Assembly: GCF_964355755.1 (NCBI RefSeq)
Contig: NC_092673.1
Location: forward strand, 29,261,648 to 29,325,647
Origin: Antedon mediterranea
Lineage: Eukaryota > Animalia > Echinodermata
Length of the DNA stretch: 64,000 nt
Direction: 5' to 3'
Shown in pieces: positions 1 through 13,031 of the stretch. Position 1 is the stretch's first letter. Every line of letters begins with the position of its first letter. The notes beneath the pieces were generated by a model that was not told the origin of the DNA, searched no databases, and was given only the letters and a program-made list of their open reading frames with translations. The position numbers were made by a program, and so were the translations under genes.

Positions 1-314
1 TTATATACAGCAATGAGTTATTGCATTTCGCACTAGAAATTTTCCTATTCTTTAATTAGAAATTAATGGCTATATAAGTTAAGTTACTTGTAGACAAGAT
101 ATAATTATATTCTATGCATCAACTAAATTCTAACTGTGTGAATAATATTGTTAGTCATTAAAACAAACTAGCTCTAATATGAAAACCTAAACAAATTATT
201 TAAAGTTGAACTCTTGCTTGATATTATTAGAAACTAAAATGAAATAAGTATTATCAAATCCGAAGCTATCAGCTTTTCAAAAGATTTTATGAAGAAAAAA
301 ACAACAAACATAAC

Positions 315-453
315 ACTCTGTCTACACTATCAAACTATTTTGACCAAAAAAGTGTGATGTGCCCAAATATGGTAGTGATATGAAATCATCGTGTCCATAT
401 ATGGGCACATCATATTTTTTTGTCACATAAAGTTTAATAGTGTAGACAGAGCT
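315..453. mobile_element. MITE family A (AGCTCTGTCTACACTATCAAAC TIR, Harbinger-like)
   Basis: TIRs plus shared internal gtgatgtgcccaaatatggtagtgatatg core. Confidence 0.85.
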
Positions 454-733
454 TTAGAAAAAATGACAAATGAAAGGGGGAAAAAATGAAAATTGGAAAA
501 ACAAGCCATTCTCATAGCAAATAAGAATGTAAAGCACACATGCAAACTTAAACTCCAAAAGCATGCAGTAAAATGAACATGCAGCACACATGGTTTATAG
601 GCTGGACTGAGCATGGCACCACATACTACAATATAGACAAAGCCTATATATATATATATGATCACTATTCATAATATATTGGTATATTTATTACAATCAC
701 CTTCACAGTAAAACTGAATTGAGATTTTAATGC

Positions 734-860
734 TCAAACTTTATGACAAAAAAGTGTGATGTTCCCAAATATGGTAGTTTTTATGACATCATCATGTCCA
801 TATATGGGCACACACATCACATTTTGATGTCACATAAAGTTTGATAGTGTAGATAGAACT
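734..860. mobile_element. MITE family A, degenerate left TIR
   Basis: Same core and right TIR. Confidence 0.75.
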
Positions 861-1680
861 TTACTTATTTTTATAAAATGCCAAATTCTGAAAGTTATCA
901 TCCTCCTCATTGGTTTGTAAACATTTGTTTGTAATGCTTGACTGCTTCGTAGTATGTGGTGATGCATACTACCATTGAAAGTACCTGAAAATGATACTTA
1001 CGTTGCGATTACTACTATTGCTATAAGGTGCATTACCCACATATTTCTAGAGGTATGGAAAGAAGGGCATGAACATTTGAAAAAAATATTCAATAAATAT
1101 TATCTCTGCTCACATGGGATGTTGCCCTTTGACCTCCATAGCAACCAAAACATGGCCAATTAAAACACACCAATAAGATGGTACTTTGAATCTGATGTTG
1201 ACAAAACAAGTTTAAAATGTTTTAAATTTAATTTCTTCTTATTGAAAGTTATTTTAGTTTACGACTGAGATGATATTTCGCAAGTAATATAATACATTTT
1301 TTAAAACCCATAAAATTACTATGCAAGTATTACATAGAACTAGTATTTTATTTAAAAGGATCAAAATGCAGAACAAAAATATGAAAATATATGTATATGA
1401 AAAATATGAAAACAGGCGTTATGATAAATGATAAAACAAGCTATATATTGTAACCATAGAAACAAATAACAAGAATACATGGACAATATTAGTATTAATC
1501 CTTAAATACATTAAATACCACTTAAAATGTCTCTAATAAAATAACCAAAAAACAGCCAAATTACTACCAATATAAATAATAACATTAAATAAAATAATAA
1601 TGTTCACTTGCATGTGATGGGTCATGGCACCATGAGCGTCTCTTTGAAGGAAACAATTAAAAAAAAGATGTATTGCTTTA

Positions 1681-1794
1681 AGCTCTGTCCACACTATCAA
1701 ACTTTATGTTACCAAACAAATGTGATGTGCCCATATGATGATGTCATATCACTACCATATTTTATCAAAATAGTTTGATAGTGTAGATAGAGCT
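1681..1794. mobile_element. MITE family A
   Basis: Both TIRs, TWA flanks. Confidence 0.85.
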
Positions 1795-2124
1795 TAAGAT
1801 GTGAAATAATAATAAGGTATTTTTTGTCACATGTTACTATCTGGCATATTCCAATATTCATTTTTAATTTTTTCTATAATTATGATTAGATGATGGTAGT
1901 GATACTGACAATGGTGGTATAAAAGATAGTGGATGGATTGCCAGCAATGAACAGCAATTGTATTAGCACCAACAGCAAAAATGTTGGCAATGATTTAAAA
2001 TGATAATTATGCTCCTATTAAACAAACTAGCATTTGATAATAATGAAAGACTCTAATACCATACTAATTAAAACTATTTAATAACACTCTCTGTTTTATG
2101 AAACTGAAATAGATTACGAATGAG

Positions 2125-2300
2125 AGTACGTTTATTGTAAATACATAATATAAAAATAACGCTTAAAAGAGAACGACGTTTCGACTCCATCATGGGGTCA
2201 TTATCAAGTCCAATGAATAAAATATAAAACAACAACTAATTAAGTAGCACAAGCCAAGGGTCAAAGTTTAAATAACAAAAGACCTATTGTCTAACATAAA
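2125..2300 (-). mobile_element. Penelope-like retroelement terminal-repeat remnant with a hammerhead-like motif
   Basis: GGACTTGATAATGACCCCATGATGGAGTCGAAACGTCGTTCTCT on the minus strand. Confidence 0.55.
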
Positions 2301-2737
2301 TAGATTAATTAAATCATATTTTAAGTTGTCCCTTGCCGCTGTCTTCATGTTTTTAATACCTACTAACATTACATCATCACTTTTTATTTCTTTGGAAGAA
2401 AAGCTACAGATTTCAGTGAAAATGTACCGCTGATTAAGAAACAGTCTTGCCCTAAAAAAATCTCATAATTCCAATGATTTATAAACATATTATATAAATA
2501 TCAATAAGTATTGTAAATACCAGAACTAAAATGTTCAAAATATTATTACAGTACTACCATATTTAAAGTTGATCCTCAAATGTGTACTTTACTATGGTAG
2601 ATAATAAATGTGTATGGGTAGACCCCCACCCTCCATTCCTTTGACCTTTGATCCTTCACCCTGCTTATTGCAATACTATTTTTAATCCACATATAAGTCT
2701 CTCTGAGCTTGATGAACTAAAGAAGCCAAGATTTTAC

Positions 2738-2870
2738 CTGATATTTCTGTAGTTCCAATCGATAATCATCCATTCTCTTTCCAATCTGTTGAAGCTGGCC
2801 GTCCACGGATGTTGGGTCACCAAGCGAGGAATTCTTCATGTACACGTCTCGCATTTTGAGTAGCCCCTCT
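2738..2870 (-). CDS. FNBP1L: FNBP1L-like HR1 exon b (EGLLKMRDVYMKNSSLGDPTSVDGQLQQIGKRMDDYRLELQKYQ); gene continues off the left edge
   Basis: cctcaccag acceptor, gtaaaa donor, 133 nt; L.KM.DVY.KN...GDP.S motif. Confidence 0.95.
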
Positions 2871-3314
2871 CTGGTGAGGTGATACACAAATACAAATGTT
2901 GAAATTAATTTAAAAGTCATTTGGTATCATTGGCATGATAGATCATTCATTTAAATTTGATCCCTCAGAATACAAAAGACTATCGCAATAAATGGAGAGC
3001 ACTGGTTTCACCCAGCCTGTTCCAAATTAGAGAAGAGAGATTTCAATTTTGTATTCATACACATTCCAACAGCAAACAACTTGCCAATTGCAGGGTGTAA
3101 AATATATCATGCATAACAACTAAGTCATTAGGCTTAGGGAATGGAGTAGAAACAGTCATATGTTACAACTCTAATACTAGGTCAGAAATGAAGCCTAGAC
3201 TGGGATTGGATTAAAAGGCACCAAACTACAGCTCTTAAAGAGTGTTGCTCCAGCTGGAAACCTGCTCCAGTTGGTTGGTTTAATTTACTATTATTAATAT
3301 GTTAAAAGGACAAC

Positions 3315-3424
3315 CTTTCTTTCTGTTCTTTGTCAATTTTAGCATTTAGTTCATCAATTTTCTCCTGCAGTTTCTTCTTTTGTTGTGTTGGTTGTAAATG
3401 ACTAAAGTCCTCCTTTGGTTCATC
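3315..3424 (-). CDS. FNBP1L: FNBP1L-like HR1 exon a (DEPKEDFSHLQPTQQKKKLQEKIDELNAKIDKEQKER)
   Basis: tgtttatacag acceptor, gttgtc donor, 110 nt; EDFSHL.P.Q.KK.LQ.KIDEL HR1 motif. Confidence 0.95.
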
Positions 3425-3794
3425 CTGTATAAACATAAAGACAACAAATAATTATCAATAATGTTAAATCAAAATTTGTCCATGTTGCCTCTGCTGTGAC
3501 ATCACATCCTGTTCACCTAGACAAGAAGTCAATCACTTGACAGATAACTTTTGAGAATAACAATAAAAAGATAAAATCAATTTCCGGAAAATTAGCAATT
3601 ATTTATCAATGATTGTTGATTTGCATATTGTCATCATTAACTTAAATTTCCATCTTTTAGGCAAATTCTCCTTAAAAAAACAATTGAAGTAACTGGTGAT
3701 AAACTTACAAGAGGGTTTCACAAGGTTTGGTTAATTAGAGGACCAAATAAGGTAGAAGTTATTATTATTATTTATTATACCATACTCAGTAATG

Positions 3795-3940
3795 TCTACT
3801 ATTATCATAGGTTGTGTTCACACCATAGGTTGTGTTCATACCAGTCTACCAATATTATCATAGGTTGTGTTCCCACCATGACTACTATTATCATAGGTTG
3901 TGTTCCCACCATGACTACTATTATCATAGGCTGTGTTCAG
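3795..3940. repeat. 33-bp minisatellite, about 4 copies
   Basis: ctattatcataggttgtgttcccaccatgacta. Confidence 0.85.
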
Positions 3941-6220
3941 ACACGGTGCAAGGTGTATGTTAATCCATTCACCAAGTAAAAGCTTAGTTTGCCAACTTGT
4001 TTATGCAAAACAACATGCCAATCTGCTCAGGCATGCATGAGTTTAGTATCTTATATTAATCTGGGCAGGTCATTATAATCCAGCTTCATAGTGGCTTATG
4101 CAACTCCATGAATAAATTCACATTAACTAATTTGTTTATGCTGAATGATATACCACCAATATTAAATGTATGTGGATACAATGTATGAAATGAAATGGTA
4201 TATATATATATGACATGTAGATATACAATCTGCAGACAGTACTGTTTTGATCTTATTAGATCTTGTCTGTGCAGATCAGATTTTGATTGTATATAAAGGG
4301 AAATAATGTGAGACAAAAGATATTTAGAATTACTGTATTTGTAAGACAAAACAATTTTAGTCTACGATATGACAATTATGCTTTCAGTGTTTTCCCACCA
4401 ACGCTACATTCGCCAAGATCCTCAACCCCCACACACCCAGCTCTCCACTAAATCAGTCTCAATCAATTTACTGTTATGCTGTATGTACAATTAGGATACC
4501 AACATAGGACACAAGCTAACTGTCGTCAACGTATTGAACATTAAAATGCAAATTGAAAATGTAATAAATAAAAATCAATGGAACAGAAAAAAAAATGAAT
4601 AAATTACTATCCATGTTCAACACAACATGAATACTTACCGTGATAAAACAACAATGTCTTAATAAGGAATACTTATCTTTGAACAAATTACTTTCTCATT
4701 TTGTCAATATTTAATTACGTTTTGGATATAACACTAAAACATTAGTTAATCATGTATCTCTAAAATTCAAGTGTATGCCTAATCAATTTGACAGTAGTGT
4801 GAAAACACAATAAAAAAAAGTTATTATCAGGAAGGAGAGAGGAGGGGATAAACTTGCAAAAGCTGTGATTTTTTAAAGTAAAAATACAAAACACAGCCTG
4901 CCATCACCACAGTAAGAAAGCAATTAGTAGAATAACACCTCTACTCTGTAGATGTTAATCACAAAACAAAGATGCAAAAATAAGGGGAAAGGAGGTCATA
5001 TAAAGGGGAGAAGGTCGAACAAGAAAATTAAAACAACTTTACTACAACCACTTCATTAAACAGTTCGTCCATAAAAAGACGAAAGATGTTAAAATAAAAT
5101 TCTGTAATATGACAACTCATGGAAAAGGTGAAAAAAAATGTATAAAAGGTGCAGTGAAAAGAGCCTACAAATAAAATGTGAAAATTACAATAATCACAAA
5201 CACTATTTTAAAATTGACAAAACTTTTTGTGATAAACATTCTAACTAACAATTGATTACTCACCATGGAAACACAATTCCAGTCGAACGGAACAAAACCG
5301 GAACGAAAGAAAATTATTATCAAAATTAGCAACAAGAAAATAATTATGAGAATTAGAATTACAAGCAATTTGCCTTGTTTTCATTTATTTTCCAGCAAAA
5401 TTTCATCAATTTAGTACTTTCGAAAAATTCTTTAAAATGCAAAATTAGCTCTTCTTTTTTTTAAGGATATAGAAAATTAGAGCAAAACAATTATTTTATT
5501 TTTTTATTCCTTTTCTTGCAATTTATTTGCAGTTGTCAAAATTGTGATTTTTATTTAATAGCTTTATAGCAATTTGAAATCACATTTTAGTTTTATTACA
5601 AGCTGCATTAGACATTGCTTTCGGACTTATTTGAAAATTTGATAATGTACAAATTTGCACTTTTTTATATAATTAGTATAAAAATGAAAATAAAATGAAT
5701 TTTAAATGCTTCAAATGTTTCAATCTTTTAATGATTAAAAAAATTTATTTAGGCCAATTTAAATTGAAAAAAAATGTAAATATTAACTTTGTAAAATGGA
5801 TTAGTAATTATAAAAGGTATATTATTATTGATAAAATAACAGTAAAAAGTTAATTATTTATCCATCTTTATGCATGATAAATGTTAATAATGTTGTTAGT
5901 TCTGAATGTAAGAACAAATATTAAAATGTATGGTTTATACTAAAAGGTCAGTAGATAGAATGAAATGGGGAAATATAATTTGAAAGAAATTTAAAAATTA
6001 TTATGTACAAAATTTCCACTTACAAATTTCTGATTGGTAATCCAAGAAAATTAACATGTGGGAAGAAATGCAAAATAATGTTAAAATGTTTATTTTATTT
6101 TTATTCAGATATAAACATTCATTATTTACATTAATATGACCTTGTATGTATTGAGGAATTAATAACAAAAATACCTAAAAATCTTCCACCACCAAAATGA
6201 TATTAATTGGTAGGACCACT

Positions 6221-6416
6221 TACCTGGATAAACCAACTTTGGCTTATTCATCTTAAAAGGAAAACCCTCATAAGCAAATGGAACATTCTGCCATTCTTAT
6301 TCTAATATAAATTCCAAAACCCATATTTCCAATACTCAAATTGGTCACAGGATTTCCGGAAAAAAATATTTCCAAGACCTTATATGCGCTAAGATGAATA
6401 GGAGTTTATCCAGGTA
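6221..6416. mobile_element. Small MITE
   Basis: TACCTGGATAAAC/GTTTATCCAGGTA termini with inner TATTCATCTTA/TAAGATGAATA. Confidence 0.6.
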
Positions 6417-6939
6417 ATAATAAATAATTAGTGAACACAAACAATATTCACATGGTGGTGGTGTACTATATAAATGTGTAAAACTAATAAAATATAGTTA
6501 GTTTTCCATGATCAATACATTTTTACAAACTGAAATGTTAGCAATGTGGTGTAATAATAATAAATTGTGTCGGAATATGAAACAATTAAAAGCACTGTTG
6601 AGAAAACAAGTCGACCAAAACCTTAAAAATTAAACTTTATAATAAAAAGGGACGACGACAATTTGAATGATCAACAGAGATGTGGCAAATACATGCTCCA
6701 GGTTGAAAAGGTAACTCACAAAATTGAAATAAAAACTGACAATGCCAATAAAACTAATTAAAACGTCTAAACTGAAAGCAAACCAATACACAGAATATCA
6801 ACAAATGAAACAGTTTATGATTTTCAGAAAATCAAATTTTGAAACTGAAACTTGTAAGGTGATATTAACGATGACACTGAGTGTGTGAAAACATGTTCCA
6901 AATATCAATCACTGATTTACATTACAATATGTATTAGTG

Positions 6940-7272
6940 CTAGGTTAGGGAGACATTGCAATGGGAAAGAGAGAGATTTCTACTAAGTTAGGGAGACATT
7001 GCAATAGGAAAAGAGAGATTTCTACTAAGTTATGGAGACAGTGCAATGGGAAGAAGGAAATTTCTACTAAGTTAGGAAGGCATTGTAATGGGAAGAAGGA
7101 GATTTCTACTAAGTTGGGGAGACATTACAATAGGAAGAGGGCAATTTCTACTAAGTTAGGAAGACATTACAAATGGGAAGGAGATTTCTACTAAGTTAGG
7201 GAGACATTACAAATGGGAAGAGGGAGATTTCTACTAAATTAGGGAGACACTGCAATGGATAGAAGATTTCTC
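6940..7272. repeat. 42-bp minisatellite, about 7.5 copies
   Basis: tctactaag at 6979, 7021, 7063 and onward. Confidence 0.92.
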
Positions 7273-7407
7273 AAATGTTAGATCACATTAAATTTACCAT
7301 TTTGCTAATGCTAAACAATTTTTAGAACTTTTTAAAAGTGTATTATGTGATTCAGTTGATGGAAAAATGTCCTAACTATTACAAATTCATTGGTGAGGTG
7401 TCCAGTA

Positions 7408-9729
7408 TAGTCCAGATCCCTATGTCAAAAAAAGTGCCTTCGTGTGCAGATCATGGGGAAAGTGTAAACATTGTGTTTTATGAATAATTGAATCATGCTG
7501 GTTATAAAAACCCATGTTGTCAAATTTCTAAAGTTCATCTTTGACCTCTGACCTCAATTTGAATGTTTTGACCCATTGAAAACAAAATGGTCATATCTTT
7601 GCAACGCTTATTTTAAATGAAATAATTTTAGTGTCAAATTATTTGGGAGAGGCATATTAATATTCGTTCTAATGGAAAAGTTTGTCCAAAAATGGCCGGA
7701 AGTATGAATTTTGGCATCTTTGACCTTTGACCTACATATCATATAACTCCGTAACTAACAGTTGGAAAAACTTTAAATAGGGCTCAAATTAATCTGAAGG
7801 TATATATTTCTATTCAGTCTAATAAGAACTTTTTCGAGAAAATGACCCAAAATTTTCTTATTGACCTTTGACCTGTACAGGTAGTACACATTCCTACAGT
7901 CTTAAAAACTATTGGCCGTAAAAGGTTTTTTTTTGTGAAATTGTTCGAAAAATTTACATTTATATGTTGTATAATAACAATATTTTATAGAAATGTAAAA
8001 TAATTCTATTTATGATAACTAACTTTGTAATATATTAACATCAGTTGCATTTGTTAAAATATTAAAATGTGTTATATTTGCTGATTTTAAGCACTTCACA
8101 TGAATTTATCAGAATTACGTGTATTTAAATATAAAGTTTTATTTTTTTGACATAAAGAAAATTTAATTATCTATCAAATAAGACTATTTTCAAATTATTA
8201 TGGCTAAAACTTAATTAGATACAGGCAAAAAGGTGTATTTTTTTACTTGTTTGAACAGCGCCCTCAATCTTCATTTTCCCCTCAAAATACCACATTTTTA
8301 TGTGGTTTCATAAACTTAGCTGGTTGTAACTTTTTAAAAGATTTGTTGTCAGTGAAATGTAACTCACATACCCCTTCTACCACATACTAAGTAAGTTTCT
8401 GAGATAAAATGAAAAAAATATTTTTATAGCTTGATATTTTTCTTAAGGTTTTTACATGGTACACGCTAAAAAAGATTTTGATTTTGTGCTAAAAATCCAT
8501 GTTTTTAGTTCAGTACAACAATCTTGTACAGATATTCTTACACAAACAGCATATTTTATTGGAAAGATAATCATAATATCTATCCAATAAAATATGAATT
8601 TTGTGTATTAATATCTGCTAGATAGCTTTTATTAAAGCAAAAAGATGGATTTTTAGCTCAAAATTAAAATATTTTTTTGGTGTGTATCATGTAATAACCT
8701 CAACAAAAATATCAAGCTATCAAAATATTTTTCTCATTTTTTTTCAGAAACTGACCTAGTACGTTATAAAAGTGGTATGTAAATTACAGGTTACTGTAAA
8801 TAATCTTTAAAACAAAGTTATAACCTGTTAAATTTATGAAACCACATAAAAATGTGGTATTTTGAGGGAAAAATTAAGATTGAGGGCGCTGTTCACACAA
8901 GTAAAAAAATACACCTTTTTGCCTGTATCAAATTAAGTTTTAGCCATAATAATTTGAAAATAGTCTTATTTGATAGATAATTAAATTTTCTTTATGTCAA
9001 AAAAATAAAACTTTATATTTAAATACACGTAATTCTGATAAATTCATGTGAAGTGCTTAAAATCAGCAAATATAACACATTTTAATATTTTAACAAATGC
9101 TAGTGATGTTAATATATTACAAAGTTAGTGATCATAAATAGAATTCTTTTACATTTCTATAAAATATTGTTATTATACAACATATAAATGTAAATTTTTC
9201 GAACAATTTCACAAAAAAAAACCTTTTACGGCCAATAGTTTTTAAGACTGTAGGAATGTGTACTACCTGTACAGGTCAAAGGTCAATAAGAAGATTTTGG
9301 GTCATTTTCTCGAAAAAGTTCTTATTAGACTGAATAGAAATATATATCTTCAGATTAATTTGAGCCCTATTTAAAGTTTGTCCAACTGTTAGTTACGGAG
9401 TTACATGATATGTAGGTCAAAGGTCAAAAATGCCAAAAATCATACTTCCGGCCATTTTTGGACAAACTTTTCCATTAGAACGAATATTAATATGCATCTC
9501 CCAAATAATTTGACACTAACATTATTTCATTTAAAATAAGCGTTGCAAAGATATGACCATTTTGTTTTCAATGGATCAAAACATTCAAATTGAGGTCAGA
9601 GGTCAAAGATGAATTTTAGAAATTTGACAACATGGGTTTTTATAACCAGCATGATTCAAATATTCATAAAACACAATGTTTACACTTTCCCCATGATCTG
9701 CACACGAAAATACATAGGGATCTGGACTA
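7408..9729. mobile_element. Non-autonomous foldback DNA transposon (2.3-kb palindrome), possibly Academ-like
   Basis: Termini TAGTCCAGATCCCTATGT...ACATAGGGATCTGGACTA, flanked by GTA on both sides; arms complementary to a centre near 8570; no ORF. Confidence 0.9.
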
Positions 9730-11658
9730 GTACTGTTAATGTTTGACAATAAATTAAAATGTTCATACAAGCATGCATTGAAAAATGCAACGTTATAAAA
9801 ATATCAAATGATAACAAATTCTAAAAAAAAAACAAAAACTGGATCTACTTTAGGTTAACATACAATTACAAGCATATTAAAATGCAACGAACTTTCAACA
9901 CATTTTCAGGCAGTAAATTTTACATAAAATCACAGCATAATTTTCAAGATTGTAGAAACAAGACAAGATAACCAAGTCATCGCAAACAATCAACGTAATG
10001 TAAACTACGTAATTAAACAAAACAAAAAATCTTTACTCTCTATAGCCGCAAAACAAGCAAAACGTACCATTTGCCCACTGACTAATTACAAAAATGAAGC
10101 AGTTATTTAACAATATACTTTGCTTGACACATGAAACCAGAACTGATACGATTGAATGAGAATAAACAATTGCACAACATCACAAACATGCAACGATCGC
10201 ACAACATTGCAAACATGCAACGATCGCATAAACATTGAGACTTTCACAAGTATTCCTGTTCCAGTCACAAAATAATCTAGATTTGCAACGATCGTAACGA
10301 CGAAAACATGCAACAATCGCAAAACATCGCAAACATGCAACGATCGCAAAAACATAGAGATTTTCACAAATATTCCTGTCACAAAAATAATCAGAAAAGA
10401 AATAAATAAAAGAAATGTAAATATTAAATAATAAAATATGACTTTAAAATTTAAATCTTTTCTAGTCATAAAACAATGAAAAATAAAAGAAAAAAAATGT
10501 AAAAAGAATTTAAAGCAAGACTTTCACAAGGTTGTCTGTTCCAGTCAAAAAATTAAACAAAATTAATCACAAGAAACAAAATATGTTTTAAAAAAATGTG
10601 AAATAATACACAGGTACAAAACGATATCACTGTAACAATCATGGCCTCAACAAACTAGGGCCTAGAAAGTTTAAATGTTAATGAACTTCAATCAAGAATT
10701 AACAGGTTACTATAAACTAGAAACTAAGCACACATTTAAACAATAACTATAGTCTGGGATTTACAAAACTAAAACTAAACAATTTAGGTTTAATCTGATG
10801 GTAAAGGACATACACAAATAGTAATTCCAAAATAACCCAAGGAGTTAAAATGTTTCATGATTTTTATAAAGAAAAATAACTTGAGCTTATAGAGTTTTAG
10901 CTGCATTTTATAATGATATAAATGCGTTTGTATGCACAGGTTGCAACATAAGACTATTACTAACAAATTATAACCATGGGTGGGTTTTTTTGTTTGCCAG
11001 GCCCTCTCAACTGTTACCTTTTCATTTTTGAAAATCTGGTTGTATCACAACTTACAAATGGCATTTGAATTTTGTCTTTCTTAATCATTTAGATTTGTTT
11101 AGATGTGGCAAGCCAAAATATTAAACTGATCAATGAACAACCACATGAACATTTTTTAATATTTTTTTTACGATAATAAATGTTTTTGTCAGAAAGATTA
11201 TGTAAAAGCTAGTTAGTAAGAAAGCAACAAGGCTTCAAAGCATCCGCTGTGTGTTTAGATTGTTAGGCCTATTATAAGCACGATGTCTTTCAAGCAAGCT
11301 CTAAACAAAGCTCCACCACCAGCCACACATAAGCACACATACTAAAGTATCATTTCAAAGATTTGCCTACCATTTGGCATGTTATTAAACTTAGTCACTG
11401 TATATGCATAAAAAACATAATTCATGTTCAATGCAATATAAACTTATAGTAGGATTTTATTAAAGAAGTTGAAGCCTCCAATAAAACCAACGAATATATT
11501 AAAAATAAAATTACTGTTTTTGTTTGTTTTTAGCAATGATGTAAGAACTTAATTATTACCATGCCAACAAAGTAAACATCACTCAAAATGTATAAAAAAC
11601 TAAAATACAAATAGAAAACAAAACAATAAACAACACATGGCCACAGTGCTTAACTGAC

Positions 11659-11670
11659 CTTTGATTTGAA
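11659..11670 (-). CDS. Candidate 12-nt microexon (FKSK) of the FNBP1L-like gene
   Basis: About 65-nt AG-free pyrimidine-rich zone ending tatggaccag, exon TTCAAATCAAAG, donor gtcagt; symmetric phase 0 matches the flanking exons. Confidence 0.5.
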
Positions 11671-12275
11671 CTGGTCCATAGAAAATAAAAAGAATTTTAA
11701 AAGAATTATTATAATTGTGGATTTAACCAAAATATACTAATAAGTTATACCTTAAATTAAATAACATAATCAAACACATGCAAGGCCTAGGTATTTATGA
11801 TTTTCTTTTTTATAAAAAGAAAAAAATATAACATTTTTTTACTGGAAAAAAAAAGACAGCCCAGACTTTTAGGAAGAATAGAATATTGAGAAAATAATCA
11901 GATAAAAAAAACTACCTCTATGACTCACTAACTAAACATTTCAGATTTTTTTAATACTGAAATATAAGATTAATCTATTCATAGACATTAGTAATGAGCA
12001 CATACTGAAACGTAGCAAAGTCAATGTTTTTCAAATGTACACACATAAATTTGAGTTAATAAATGTAGCTACTACTGTAATATCTACTTGTTTAAACTAT
12101 ATTCTGTTAAAGGTAAGGATTGGTAGATGGAGGGTCCAGAATAGTTACTGTAGTAAAGAGATACGGTACGGATTGGTAGATTGGCTCAAAATGGTTAATA
12201 ATATGGTAATTGTTTGTTAGGTTTAAAAGCAGTGATACAGTAAGGAGTTTCAAAGCACAATAATCTTTAATGTAT

Positions 12276-12406
12276 AGGCGTATTTGACTGGTCATTCACA
12301 AACACCTCGCAGTGAGCTACTTCCAGTGTTCGTATATCAACGGTGAAGTGTTTGAGGAGATAGATCTGAGGATTATCTCCTCAAAATAGCCCAGTCAAAT
12401 ACGCTT
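12276..12406. mobile_element. Small hairpin MITE-like element
   Basis: GCGTATTTGACTGG/CCAGTCAAATACGC inverted repeat. Confidence 0.5.
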
Positions 12407-12915
12407 TATTTCCCAACATGCAAGCAGTAAGCTTTACCAATTTCGGAAAAAACAAACTGAAATTTGTACGTATTTGCCAGAAGATGTTTACTATAAGCCT
12501 ATGTCAGAAATGATCTGTTGTCACTAAACACAAATGTACAGTACGTCTTTCTAAATGTTAAGATGCATGCTGGGAAGTCATCATTCTGAAATGTCCTATT
12601 ATTATCCAAAGTTAGAATACCAGCTACCAGTAAAAAAACAGAGCTAATTCTACATTAGGAAAGTTACTAATTGTTTTGATAACATAGACAAATGCACTCT
12701 GATATTATGAAAAATCAAAACTACAGCATTTTTGTTTAAATTTCATATGCAAGCCACTCGCAGATGGATAAAATATTTTATAATTATATTACAGTCGTAG
12801 CCACCAGCACAGTTATGTTCCAATCGACCACTTTTTGACAGAAGCCTTTGACAATTCCTGTGATCTGCACACAGATTGTTCCATTTTCTTGTGGCTACAT
12901 CACAGATAGTGATTG

Positions 12916-13031
12916 AAAACTAAGTCTCATTTGATGCTTAGAAAGAGTTACAACCCTGGGACTAGGTCAGGATTGAACCATGGACCTTGGGATTGGAAGG
13001 CAAGCACGTTAACCACCAAGCTACAGCCTCC
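12916..13031 (-). mobile_element. tRNA-Gly(TCC)-like SINE head, second SINE family
   Basis: TAGCTTGGTGG..CTTGCCTTCCAATCCCAAG..GGTTCAATCC; related copies at 25015 and 55962. Confidence 0.7.

Noticed and set aside
4639-4676. Strong minus-strand donor (CG/gtaagta) suggesting another microexon
   Set aside because: The nearest acceptors give 19 or 38 nt, which break the frame or contain a stop
6961-7194. 77-aa ORF with 14-aa repeats
   Set aside because: Translation of a 42-bp minisatellite; no splice or homology support
10107-10469. 120-aa hydrophobic ORF
   Set aside because: T-rich intronic sequence plus a local repeat; no family motifs
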